From a virus (Duplodnaviria; Caudoviricetes), in the IMG/VR virus record IMGVR_UViG_3300043683_000021, positions 1 to 52,967 of that record: a DNA stretch of 52,967 bases; one strand, given 5' to 3'. How positions within the stretch are numbered: position 1 is the first letter of the stretch; each line of letters begins with the position of its first letter. Of the stretch, positions 27,090 through 36,225 are shown piece by piece. The notes beneath the pieces were generated by a model, which had not been told where the DNA came from, made no database searches, and was given only the letters and a program-made list of their open reading frames with translations. The position numbers were made by a program, and so were the translations under genes.

Positions 27090-28597
27090 CAGAACGGAAG
27101 CTTGGAATCGTCCACCTTCTGATCCCCGACGAACGTCGCCTTCCCGGACCGCGTGACCCCTTTCGCCGCGTCAATCATCGATTCGAGTGTGCGGACCGTC
27201 GCGCGGAGCTGATGGACCGACAGCCCGCTCGCTAGCTGCGCTTTCTGGCCTGTGATGAATCGATCGTTCATGCAGGGATGCTTGAGCAGCTCGAGCGCCT
27301 TCGACTTGAGTTGCCCGGGCGTGAGCCCTTCGGTGCCATCGGGGGCCTGGTCGACATCCTCGACAGCAGCAGCGGGAGCAGCAGCCGGCGCCGGCGTGGC
27401 GATGCACTTCGGATTCTCTCCGCCAGGCGAATCCTGGACGGCGCCGGCGTCGACGGCTGATTCTCCCTCCGCTCCGCTCTCCTGCGTAGCCTCTTGCGAG
27501 GCGTCCTGCTTCGCGATCTCCTCGTCCTTCTGGCGCGCGTCGAGCACCGTCGCGAGCGCGAGCTGGAAGTCGGGCTCGGTATCGTTGTCCACGGTCCAGA
27601 GCAACGCCGTGCGCATCTGGACGGGGGTGAGTGAGTCGAGCCGCTCGCCCTTCGAATTGCCGCGCGGGATGATGAACGCTTCCGCATCGGCAAGCGACAT
27701 CGTGCGCTCGCGGAGCATCTTGTCGTCGCCCTTCTCGAGACGGAGCGGCTGGCCGTCGGCGGGGCTGCCGAGATCCTCAGGGGCCGGAAGCGCGCGCGTC
27801 TCCGCCGCCGGCGCCAGCTCGAGCTCCTCTTCCTGCCGGAACGCGTTGAACGCCTTCTCGAGCGCGGGCGTCGTCGCGAGGAGCTTCCGCGCCTGGCGGA
27901 TGCAACACTTGATCGCCCACCACGGCGGGCAGGGCGTCTCGTTGCCCTGATAGTCCTTGCCCCACTTCTTCGAATGCGCGTAGCGGATCGCGTTGATCTC
28001 CTCGATGCGCATGAAGTGGAACTTTGAGCGGTTGTTCGCGAGCTGGAACACCACGTAGGCGCCGATCATTGCCCCGCGATCGCCGCCCTTCCAATGCGGG
28101 ATGTGGTGGATGCGCGGCTCGGTACCGCCGAAGATCTGGAAGTCTCCGCGCTCCGCTTCCTTCTCGTACACGCACCAGCCATCGACCGCACGGACGACCC
28201 GGGACGCGATGAGGATCTGCGCCATGCCCTTGTAGTCCATGATCGGCGTGCAGTGCTTCTCCCACGTCGGCTTCTGGCGGGTGCCGACGTTGACGTTGAA
28301 CGGGACCATGTGCGCCGTGTCGCCGATCTCGAGGTTCCATCCGACGATCGTCGCCGCGGCGTCGAGGAGCGTCGACCGCGTGCACATGAGCAGATCGGGC
28401 ATCTTGCGCATCGCGCGCATGGCGAGCGCGACGATGCGCTCGTAGTCGTCGCCCGGCGCGAGGAGCGGCGCGATGCGGGCTTTCGCCTCGGGATGGTGAA
28501 AGAGTGCTTCGAACTGCTCGACCGTACCGGGTTCCTTGGCAGCCAGCGGCGCAACTTCATTCGGCGTGTGCACGCGGAGGGCAGCGGATCCACTCAT
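27089..28597 (-). CDS. recT: RecT-family single-strand annealing protein with a long C-terminal extension
   Basis: PDLLMCTRSTLLDA, AHMVPF, IMDYKGM, IGAYVV and KCCIRQARKLL motifs; acidic SSB-like end DDSKLPF; start at ATG 28597. Confidence 0.85.
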   Translation of the reverse strand: MSGSAALRVHTPNEVAPLAAKEPGTVEQFEALFHHPEAKARIAPLLAPGDDYERIVALAMRAMRKMPDLLMCTRSTLLDAAATIVGWNLEIGDTAHMVPFNVNVGTRQKPTWEKHCTPIMDYKGMAQILIASRVVRAVDGWCVYEKEAERGDFQIFGGTEPRIHHIPHWKGGDRGAMIGAYVVFQLANNRSKFHFMRIEEINAIRYAHSKKWGKDYQGNETPCPPWWAIKCCIRQARKLLATTPALEKAFNAFRQEEELELAPAAETRALPAPEDLGSPADGQPLRLEKGDDKMLRERTMSLADAEAFIIPRGNSKGERLDSLTPVQMRTALLWTVDNDTEPDFQLALATVLDARQKDEEIAKQDASQEATQESGAEGESAVDAGAVQDSPGGENPKCIATPAPAAAPAAAVEDVDQAPDGTEGLTPGQLKSKALELLKHPCMNDRFITGQKAQLASGLSVHQLRATVRTLESMIDAAKGVTRSGKATFVGDQKVDDSKLPF

Positions 28598-29922
28598 GAC
28601 AGCATCCTCCGCATCGCGCGGAAGCCTTTGCGGCTCGAATGGGCGAACACGAAGACATGCTTGAGCGCCTCGTCCGTGCACGGTCCGGCGCACGCGAGGC
28701 GGTCGTTGCGCTCGATCAGAAACGCGGTCGCGAGATCTGGGACCGCCTTCCCGCAGACCACGCACTGCGGATTCTTCTGAAACGCGAGCTGAAACCGCTC
28801 GGTGTCCGCTCGCTTCATCATCGCTTTCGTGAATTCGTGCATCATTGCCCGCCTCATGTCACGTCGATAATTTTTGAGGGCGGCGCCGGGGGAATCCGGC
28901 AACGCCACGGTAGCGACGGTCGGTCCCCTCGAAGGGCCGGCCGTTTTCCGTTCTATGCTGTTCGCTACGCCGACAGGTTGCCGCTCCGGAATCCTCGGAG
29001 ATTCCGCCGCAGCTCCTCGGCGCTCGTCATCGGGCGTGCGAGATGGGCGGGCCGCGTCGTCGGCGCCATGCGCTGCCGGAGCTCGTCCCGCTTGGCCCGC
29101 TGATCGGCGCGTCGCATGCGCACCGACAGGATGAGCGCGACGATCGCGATCACAAGACAACTGATCGGTAGGGCATCGTGGAGAGAGATCATCGCACACA
29201 CTCCTGTTCGAGTTCGCGCGCGGTCAGGGGATGGCTCGTCAAGCGTCGCTCGGCGATCGCGCGGAGACCGAGAGCGACTTCGTGCTTGACGGATTCGATG
29301 GTTTGCCGCTGGTGCGCGCCCTGGAGCGAGCCCGCGAGATGGATCAGCTGCGACGCGGACGCGAAATGCACATCGGCGGGGCGCGTGTCGGGCACGAGTG
29401 CGGGCTTCGGCGTGATGCGGCCAGCGAGGGCGCGTCTCATGCGGTCACCCTGAGCTTTACGGCCTGCTGAATCGCCAACGCGGCAATCCGAGATAGCGAG
29501 TAGAGCCGATCAACATCGTCGTGCGATTCCGCGAGCGTGAGTTTCCACGAACGCTTGGTTATCCCGTTGTACGAGACGATGTTGACCGACACTAGCTCGT
29601 GTGTGAGCACTTCATCGGCTGACAGGCGCGCGAGGTCGATCTCCACATCAGCGAATGCGTCGGCGTGGGCAGGCTTCACCATCACCCGTGCGCGCGCGTC
29701 AGTACGATTTTGCGGCTCGCTGCTGGCTTCCATCGCCGCGATGCCATCCCGGAGTCCCGTGCACTTTTCGCACGGACACACATCGGGAGTCGGTTCGCCG
29801 GACCGAAGAGCGGAGATCTCCATCGCGTGATACATGGCCTTCGCGTTCGCGAGGATGTTCGCGCGATCTTCTGCTTCGGCGGTCTCGCCCATCGTCTCGA
29901 TGTAGCCGTGATCCTTCTTCAC
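28594..29922 (-). CDS. Early hypothetical genes (29437..29922, 29189..29440, TM protein 28965..29201, CxxC protein 28594..~28908)
   Basis: Coupled ORFs downstream of the cII-position gene. Confidence 0.55.
28916..28952 (+). terminator. Intrinsic terminator antisense to the early operon
   Basis: ACGGTCGGTCC/GGGCCGGCCGT 11-bp stem (G-U pairs on +) followed by TTTCCGTT. Confidence 0.55.
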
Positions 29923-30374
29923 GCGGCCCGTCGCGCTGGCTCGGGGATCGTCATCACGCCTTCGGCGGGCGTTCGCTCGAGTTGCGCACGGCGCGCGTAG
30001 ATGTAGGCGGTGAGGATGGCGGGTAGTTCGAGCAGCACCTCCTCCTCGGCGCCGGCGAGGCAGGCCTCATCGATCGTGCGCAGCAGCCGCGCCCACGGAC
30101 GATCGCAGCGCGTGTCATCGCGGCGCAGTTCGTTCCATGCCCGCGTGGGGAGCCGCTCGAAGTTGCCGGAGATTTTAATGAGCGCATCCCGAAACGCGCC
30201 GTCGTACTCGATGCGGAGGCGATCGCGAAATTGCAGCGTGCGCCCAAGCGTTTGCGCGGTAGTGGTAATGCTCAGACGTGCTTCGCTGCGACCATGCTGC
30301 TGCGGAACAACGTCGGCGGCAGGGGGAGGCGCGGCGCCTCGAACGCGCGCAGAGATAGGCATCGGACAGCTCAC
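29919..30374 (-). CDS. Regulatory protein in the cII position
   Basis: Helical ORF immediately downstream of cro; positional call only. Confidence 0.45.
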   Translation of the reverse strand: MSCPMPISARVRGAAPPPAADVVPQQHGRSEARLSITTTAQTLGRTLQFRDRLRIEYDGAFRDALIKISGNFERLPTRAWNELRRDDTRCDRPWARLLRTIDEACLAGAEEEVLLELPAILTAYIYARRAQLERTPAEGVMTIPEPARRAA

Positions 30375-30439
30375 GGTAGTGATCCTGCATTCCGCTCGAG
30401 CACGGGTGCCCGGACGGTCGTACGTGGGGCTAGGTGGTG

Positions 30440-30679
30440 CTAGGCAGCAGTGGAGACGGAATCGGCGGCTTTCATTGGCTGTGGTCCGAAGGCTTCTTCG
30501 GGGGTGGTAATGGGTCGCATGCGACGGGCAAGCTCCTTTTCGATGACCGGATCACGGCGAACACCGGAGAGCGTCTCCGACACATGCGACTCGGGTCGCC
30601 CCGTCCGCTTCGCCGTGCGCTTGCCGTCGCCATGCTTGAGCCGCGCCTTGCGCTCCCAACGAGTTAGCGGCATCGTCAC
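30440..30679 (-). CDS. Cro-like HTH protein
   Basis: KRTAKRTGRPESHVSETLSG HTH; small, basic and divergent from the repressor. Confidence 0.75.
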   Translation of the reverse strand: MTMPLTRWERKARLKHGDGKRTAKRTGRPESHVSETLSGVRRDPVIEKELARRMRPITTPEEAFGPQPMKAADSVSTAA

Positions 30680-30717
30680 TCCGTGGAGGCCAGAAGTAAT
30701 TATTACCCACGGACGGT

Positions 30718-30745
30718 ATTCTACACGTTAAAAGTCAGAAGTCAA
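30718..30745 (-). promoter_or_regulatory. Early lytic promoter (PR-like)
   Basis: TTGACT-N16-TAGAAT on the - strand in the AT-rich cI/cro gap. Confidence 0.75.
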
Positions 30746-30758
30746 TAGCCAACGTCAT

Positions 30759-31229
30759 TTGACCTTATCCAATGTCGCATTGTCTCGTTTAAAGCTGCCC
30801 CCTTCCGTTGATTTGAACGCCTTTGGGCAACGCGCGAAACACGCGCGGGCCCTGTCTGATGTGGTCCGGGCCCAGCACGGGCTCCCGCGCGCCAGCGCCG
30901 TGCAGCTCGCGATTGAGATGGCGGAGATCGTGGGCGAGACGATTAATGACCGCGATACCGGGCGGTACTTGCGCGGCGAGTCCGTGCCGGGATCTCTGGT
31001 GCGCCAATGGGGATTCGCGATGGTGCTCGGCGTGGATCCCGGCTGGCTCTACTTCGGGGCGGAGTCACAGGCGCCCGCACCGACACTCGACGCGCCCTCG
31101 CCGATGGGCATCGCGACTCAACCCGTGACGCGCGCTGCCGAGCATCCGCCAACGGGTGTTGCGCGGCTCGGCGGGAAAGAGGTGCCCGAGCGCGGCCCTC
31201 CGAAACGCCGGAAGCGCTCGAACGGATAA
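30759..31229 (+). CDS. CI-like HTH repressor without a peptidase domain
   Basis: FGQR...QLAIEMAE...GRYLRGESVP...FAMVLGVDPGWLYFG is the Xre/Cro-C1 pattern. Confidence 0.8.
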   Translation: MTLSNVALSRLKLPPSVDLNAFGQRAKHARALSDVVRAQHGLPRASAVQLAIEMAEIVGETINDRDTGRYLRGESVPGSLVRQWGFAMVLGVDPGWLYFGAESQAPAPTLDAPSPMGIATQPVTRAAEHPPTGVARLGGKEVPERGPPKRRKRSNG

Positions 31230-31267
31230 CGCGACTACGCTGTTAGGCTAGATCAGAGGAGATCGAG

Positions 31268-31654
31268 CTAGATCAGGCGAAGCGCCGGATAGTCCGTGGG
31301 CTCGGGTCGTTGCTCGTTGCGCTGTTGCGCCTCGAGCTGCGGCGGCTTCGGGATGTGGTCATTCAGCCAGGTCCACGCGGCGTCTTCGGATTTCTCGTCG
31401 GCGTACTGCTCCGCGATGAATTCGCACTTCGCGACGGTGCCGTCGTTGTCGTACACGAGGAGCAGGCGTTGCCCGGGGAAGATAGAATCGGCCCAGCGAA
31501 CCTCGCGCGCATAAGTGGCAGGGCCGACAAACGGAACGAAACCAGAACGCATTGGCACAGTTGATCCCAGCTCGGAGAGGAGCGTGAGTGTAGGGAATTG
31601 GACCACGTTATCGCAACTGCCTGTTTTCGGCCCCAGCGTGACATTTTCGGACAT
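31268..31654 (-). CDS. Hypothetical protein
   Basis: ORF from MSENVTLG (or MRSGF); ends ALRLI; convergent on the repressor. Confidence 0.5.
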   Translation of the reverse strand: MSENVTLGPKTGSCDNVVQFPTLTLLSELGSTVPMRSGFVPFVGPATYAREVRWADSIFPGQRLLLVYDNDGTVAKCEFIAEQYADEKSEDAAWTWLNDHIPKPPQLEAQQRNEQRPEPTDYPALRLI

Positions 31655-31716
31655 GGCGCCTCTGGTGTTGTACTTATAAGTAACCTCATGCGAGTAAAGA
31701 CGCCGCTGGGATACAT

Positions 31717-31788
31717 GGACTGTGCCTCGGGTGGTACGTCGGACGGTGCCTCGGACTGTGCACCGAACTGTGAACAGACCCGTGCAAA
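31717..31788. repeat. Six degenerate 12-bp tandem repeats
   Basis: GGACTGTGCCTC GGGTGGTACGTC GGACGGTGCCTC GGACTGTGCACC GAACTGTGAACA GACCCGTGCAAA. Confidence 0.75.
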
Positions 31789-31798
31789 GGAGTAGCGC

Positions 31799-31981
31799 GT
31801 GACGGATCCCGGCCACCGCGTTCCGAATCCGCTCGACGTGACGCCCGCGGGCGTGTGCGCGATCTGCGGCGAGGAGCAGCTCCGCACCGTTGAACTACAG
31901 ACGGCGAGCGGTGACGGCATCCGCCTCGCGGTCACGCATTGGCTCGAGTGCAGCTGTGGGCGGAGACCGGCGACTACATGA
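31799..31981 (+). CDS. Small Zn-ribbon protein
   Basis: CAICG...ECSCGRR; AAGGAG SD. Confidence 0.65.
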   Translation: MTDPGHRVPNPLDVTPAGVCAICGEEQLRTVELQTASGDGIRLAVTHWLECSCGRRPATT

Positions 31982-31991
31982 CACGGCTGTC

Positions 31992-33209
31992 ATGTTGAAC
32001 GACGATCGCGAGTCGAAACTGCCAACGCACCTCCCCGGCTTGGACGGGGTGCGCGGCGTCGCCATCCTCGCGGTCCTCGCGCTCCACGCGCTGGACGGCG
32101 CGCCGCACGCGGGGCTCGTCGATGGGTTGGTGGGGCGCGTCGGGAGTGCGGGCTGGATGGGCGTGGATCTGTTCTTCGTCCTCTCGGGGTTCCTCATCAC
32201 GGGAATTCTGCTCGAGCAACGGGGGAAGGCCGGCTATTTCCGGACGTTCTACGCGCGCCGCGTGCTCCGCATCGTTCCGGTCTACGTCGCCTTCCTCGGC
32301 TTCAGCCTCTACGTGGCGCCGGTGGTCGGGGCGTCGACCGAGGCCGCGGCGGTCGCGCTCCGCCACTGGCAGGCGTGGTACTGGACGTATCTCGCGAACG
32401 TGATGCTGTTGCTCCACCCAGCGGCGCACACGGCCTACGCACCAACGCATCTGTGGTCACTCGCGATCGAGGAACAGTTCTATCTCTGCTGGCCGCTCGC
32501 GGTCTGGCTCTTGTCGCCTCGCGCGATCGCCAAGGTAGCGCTCGCGTGCATCGTGGGGGCGGAGCTCGCGCGCATCGCCGTCGTCATGTTCGGCGCGCGG
32601 GGGGAGGTGAACTATCTGCTCTTGCCGACGCGAATGGACACGCTGGCCGTGGGCGCCTTCCTCGCGTGCGCGGTGCGCGATCCGCGAATCCTCGAGACTG
32701 TCCGAAAATGTCAGGTCCCCGTCGCACTCGGCGCCGTGATGCTGCTCGGGGTCACGGTGTACCTGACGCACGGCATCGACCCGTACCAGCCGCTCCCGCA
32801 GTTGTACGCGCTGCCCGCCGTCGCCGCGCTGTCCGGGGTGCTGGTGCTGGCCGCGACTCAGCCGGGAACGGTGTTCGCGTGGGCGCCGCTCCGGTTCCTG
32901 GGGCGCGTGAGCTACGGCATGTATCTCTGGCATGTGCTGGTACTCTCAACCCTGCTCGCGCATACCCGATGGCTCGCGCCGCGCCTCGTGGGCGGCTCCT
33001 ATCTCGTCTCGGATCTCGCGTCCGTCGCGGTGCTGCTCACGGCGACGGTGGCGGTCGCGCTCGTGAGCTGGCATCTGATCGAACAGCCGTTCCTCCGGCT
33101 CAAGCGGTACGTCCCGTACGGCGGGGCTCAGCACGCGCGCGTCGTGTCCAGTATCGGGGTCAATACGGGCGCTAGCATCGCGTCCCACGCGGAGTCGAAC
33201 GCGCGTTGA
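31992..33209 (+). CDS. Acyltransferase-3 (OafA/YrhL family) membrane O-acyltransferase, lysogenic-conversion moron
   Basis: LDGVRGVAIL, GVDLFFVLSGFLIT, FYARRVLRI, HLWSLAIEEQFYL, SYGMYLWH and HLIEQP motifs. Confidence 0.95.
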   Translation: MLNDDRESKLPTHLPGLDGVRGVAILAVLALHALDGAPHAGLVDGLVGRVGSAGWMGVDLFFVLSGFLITGILLEQRGKAGYFRTFYARRVLRIVPVYVAFLGFSLYVAPVVGASTEAAAVALRHWQAWYWTYLANVMLLLHPAAHTAYAPTHLWSLAIEEQFYLCWPLAVWLLSPRAIAKVALACIVGAELARIAVVMFGARGEVNYLLLPTRMDTLAVGAFLACAVRDPRILETVRKCQVPVALGAVMLLGVTVYLTHGIDPYQPLPQLYALPAVAALSGVLVLAATQPGTVFAWAPLRFLGRVSYGMYLWHVLVLSTLLAHTRWLAPRLVGGSYLVSDLASVAVLLTATVAVALVSWHLIEQPFLRLKRYVPYGGAQHARVVSSIGVNTGASIASHAESNAR

Positions 33210-34180
33210 GCGCGCGCGCGTCGGTTCGTGGCGCGGTGGAGCGTCGCTTCCGCCGTGGCGACATTCGCCTCCGCCTCGGCCTCCGCCTGTACCGCCTCCG
33301 CCAGCACGCGCGCCGCGTCGGCCGCCTCGGCGGCTCCCTCGGCGGCGCTCACTGGTCCTCCTCGTCGAGCCAGCGGCACTCGGCGGCATCGGACGCCGCT
33401 CGCGCTTCGATCTCTGGCACGGGGCCTGAGCGCTCGAAATCGGGCGCGAACTCGGGCGGCGTGGGCGTCTGCGCGAGCCGCGCGTAGTACTCGCGGGAGA
33501 TCGCCATCGCTTCCGGCGTCGGCGTCGCGAAGGGGAGATACTTGTTGGGGTCACGGCGATAGTCCGCCAGCGCTTGGGCGTTGCGGTCGGCGCTGCTGAG
33601 GCGCGTATCGCAGTTCTCGCGGACGCAGAATGTGCCATCGGCGTGGATGTGGCTCACGCGCTCACCTTCGTCGCCGGGGCATCGCTCGCGAACGCGTTGA
33701 ACTCGTTCTGGCAGTCGCCCGTGTGGACCAGCCGGTCCCCGATCGTGACGACGGCGTGCAGGTCCGTGATGCTGTGGAGGCACCAGCTGCACTCCGTCTC
33801 GCCGTTCCGGAAGAGCTGCGCCGCTTCCAAGTACTGCTCACGCTTGACGTCGGTCATGAGGGCGAGCCGCTGCGCCGTCTGCATGCGCGCCAGCTCTTGC
33901 GTGCCCGTCGTCGCGTGGAACATCACGCCGTGGTGGAAGCTGGCGCCGTCGATCAGGGCGAGCTTGCGCTGAATCTCGCGGCGGAGAAGCTCGAGGTCGG
34001 AGGCGGGGGCGCTCACTTGGCACCCCGCCGGGCGGCGGCAACCGCGGCGGCTTCCCGCCGATCCAGGACATACGCACCACCCATCGCGAGTTGATACCGG
34101 ATGGCGGCAATCGCACGGCGTGCGCCCACCAGAGCGGCGAGAGCGCGAACCTGCATGGGATAGCGGCGACAAGCAAGCAT
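33128..34180 (-). CDS. Leftward accessory operon of four small genes (34013..34180, 33654..34016, 33349..33657, 33128..33352)
   Basis: GTGA-coupled chain behind a TTGACA promoter. Confidence 0.55.
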
Positions 34181-34207
34181 GGGAGGCTCCGGTGGCAAAG
34201 GGTTCGC

Positions 34208-34297
34208 TATTACCAACTCTGGTAATATATACCCAGCTTTGGGAATGTCAATAGCGGTATTACCATATTTGACAATTGCCACCGGACGGTATAGGTT
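34208..34297. promoter_or_regulatory. Second divergent promoter/operator region
   Basis: Palindrome TATTACCA-ACTC-TGGTAATA (34208-34227); leftward TTGACA-N16-TATATT; rightward TTGACA-N17-TAGGTT. Confidence 0.75.
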
Positions 34298-34305
34298 CGT
34301 ATCCT

Positions 34306-34545
34306 ATGCCGATGCTTCGACTCCGGGTAAATGAACTCCTCGCCAAGCGGGGATTGACTGCCTACGCCCTCAGCAAGGCGTCTGACGGGCGTATCTCAAT
34401 GACAACGGCCTACCGCCTCCGGGACACCGACGGCGAGCTAGACACCTTCAATTCCGAAATGCTCGAGGCGCTTTGCGACGTGCTCGGCGTCGAGATTAAG
34501 GAGCTGATCGAGCGCGTACCCGAGAAGCGAGGGAAGGGGAGATAG
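34306..34545 (+). CDS. Cro/C1-type HTH regulator (HTH_26-like)
   Basis: LRVNELLAKRGLTAYALSKAS..ISMTTAYRL...LEALCDVLGVEIKELIE. Confidence 0.88.
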   Translation: MPMLRLRVNELLAKRGLTAYALSKASDGRISMTTAYRLRDTDGELDTFNSEMLEALCDVLGVEIKELIERVPEKRGKGR

Positions 34546-34571
34546 TCGCCGCGACCATCGGATTCTATGAC

Positions 34572-34606
34572 AAACGGCGCCCCTGCATCGGGCGCCGTTT
34601 TTCTTT
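34572..34606 (+). terminator. Intrinsic terminator
   Basis: AAACGGCGCCC-N7-GGGCGCCGTTT followed by TTCTTT. Confidence 0.85.
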
Positions 34607-34626
34607 GCAATCGCGAAAGATTTCTC

Positions 34627-34655
34627 TTGCGTTCTGTCCTACAGTGTGGTATAGT
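34627..34655 (+). promoter_or_regulatory. Promoter of the TA operon
   Basis: TTGCGT-N17-TATAGT with an extended -10 TG; ATG follows 5 nt later. Confidence 0.8.
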
Positions 34656-34660
34656 TCTCC

Positions 34661-34987
34661 ATGCAATTACTCTTTCGTGAAGTGAAACCCTTTACCCTCA
34701 GCGCGGAAGGCGTGCTCTCAGATGATGAGCTGTTCGCGGTTGAGGACGAACTACTGAAGAATCCGGAAGCGGGCGATCTGATTCCGGGCACGGGCGGCGT
34801 TCGCAAGATTCGCGCAGCGATCGGTGGACGTGGAAAGCGTGGCGGGGCGCGGGTGCTGTACTACTACGTCTCGCGTCGCGCGGTGATCTATCTCATTTAC
34901 GTGTACGCGAAGAATCAGGCGTCAGATCTGACCGCCGACGGAAAGAAAGCGATGCGGAAATGGACGGCGATCTTCGATCAGGAGTAG
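34661..34987 (+). CDS. higB: RelE/HigB-family toxin
   Basis: LLKNPEAGDLIPGTGGVRKIR...GRGKRGGARVLYYY...IYLIYVYAKNQ is the HigB2/RelE signature. Confidence 0.92.
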   Translation: MQLLFREVKPFTLSAEGVLSDDELFAVEDELLKNPEAGDLIPGTGGVRKIRAAIGGRGKRGGARVLYYYVSRRAVIYLIYVYAKNQASDLTADGKKAMRKWTAIFDQE

Positions 34988-35057
34988 GGTCGGGTCGTCT
35001 CGGCGCCGAGCAATGCTGCTCGGTCGCTTACTGGGTATCAACATCACTGGTGGTGTT

Positions 35058-35492
35058 ATGAAGCGAACGGCGAAGGAAGCGGAAGCCATGATCCTTGCGG
35101 GACTCAAGGAAGCGGTGGCGATCCATCGCGGCGAGGCGAAGCCTGTCCGTGAGCGCACGCGTACGACCACGGCGCGGGATGCGCACGTCACGCCGCCGCC
35201 GCCGTTCGACGCCAAGCGCGTTGTGGCTGTGCGGACGTCGCTCGACGTGTCGCAGCCTGTGTTTGCGAAGGTGCTCAACGTGAGCCCCAAGCTCGTCCAG
35301 GCATGGGAGCAGGGTGCGCGGCGACCGAACGGCGCCTCGCAGCGACTGCTACAGGTCGCCGAGGAAAAGGGACAGTACCTCGTCAAGACGGCAGCACGGC
35401 TCCAACAGGTACACTCTGGCGGGATCGTACGGAGCGGTCACGAGCACGGGAAGCTCCTGCGTCCCGCAGCTGCGAAGCGCAAGCGCGCGTAG
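35058..35492 (+). CDS. higA: HigA-type HTH antitoxin
   Basis: ILAGLKEAVA...VRTSLDVSQPVFAKVLNVSPKLVQAWEQGARRPNG; downstream of the toxin. Confidence 0.9.
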   Translation: MKRTAKEAEAMILAGLKEAVAIHRGEAKPVRERTRTTTARDAHVTPPPPFDAKRVVAVRTSLDVSQPVFAKVLNVSPKLVQAWEQGARRPNGASQRLLQVAEEKGQYLVKTAARLQQVHSGGIVRSGHEHGKLLRPAAAKRKRA

Positions 35493-35507
35493 ACCGCGCG
35501 CACGTCG

Positions 35508-35762
35508 ATGAGTCAGTTACAGCCGCACCCCGACGATTGCCCGGACTGCGGGCGTCCGTGCTACGCGAGTAGTATCGAGAGCGTCGATCCCGAAAAGCGG
35601 TGGTTTCGCGCGGGCTATCACTGCTCGTGCGGGCGCCGTTGGGGATGCGGTTGGTCATTTTCCACGCTGATCAACGATCCCGATCCAACGCCTTTGCCCG
35701 GCGTCTACACGCCGCCGCGCCGCGCCGTCGTGTCGATGGACCCGGACGACGCGACAGGCTAG
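35508..35762 (+). CDS. Small Zn-ribbon protein
   Basis: CPDCG...YHCSCGRRW. Confidence 0.6.
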   Translation: MSQLQPHPDDCPDCGRPCYASSIESVDPEKRWFRAGYHCSCGRRWGCGWSFSTLINDPDPTPLPGVYTPPRRAVVSMDPDDATG

Positions 35763-36225
35763 GTGTCGAGCCCCTCAATCCGCACTAGCTCCGTGCGCTG
35801 GCAATTCACGGCGCGATAGATCGGACGTAGCACCGCCAACTCGTCGCCGTCGTTCCACTCTGGCGCGTACGGGCTCGACACGATCAGCTGCGCCACGTTC
35901 ATCGCGCGATCATTGTCGGACTGGCGGATCTCGACGATGGAGCAGTTCTCTGGTAGGTCGAGCACCATGCGCAAGAGCGAGAGGTTCAGCTCGATGCGCC
36001 CGCCGCGCGGGGCCTTCACTCGTTCCTCCGGCACCACGCGCGGTGCAGTTTGCCGCGCAACGACTCGAGTAGCTCGGTGTCCGGCAGTGACTTCGCCCAT
36101 TGTTTCGTGCGCCGCAGGATATTCTCGCGGTCACGCAGAAATGCGCCGAACGCGGAGAGCTCTGCCCACGTCGGCTCGTCGACGGGCGGCTCGTCGTCGG
36201 CGCCCTTCCGTCGCCAGCCCATCAT
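35759..36225 (-). CDS. Two small genes at the end of the late operon (36016..36225 and 35759..~36019)
   Basis: Coupled to the spanin-like gene. Confidence 0.5.

Noticed and set aside
31717-31788. CRISPR or mini-array
   Set aside because: Units are 12 bp, contiguous and degenerate, with no spacers and no cas genes.
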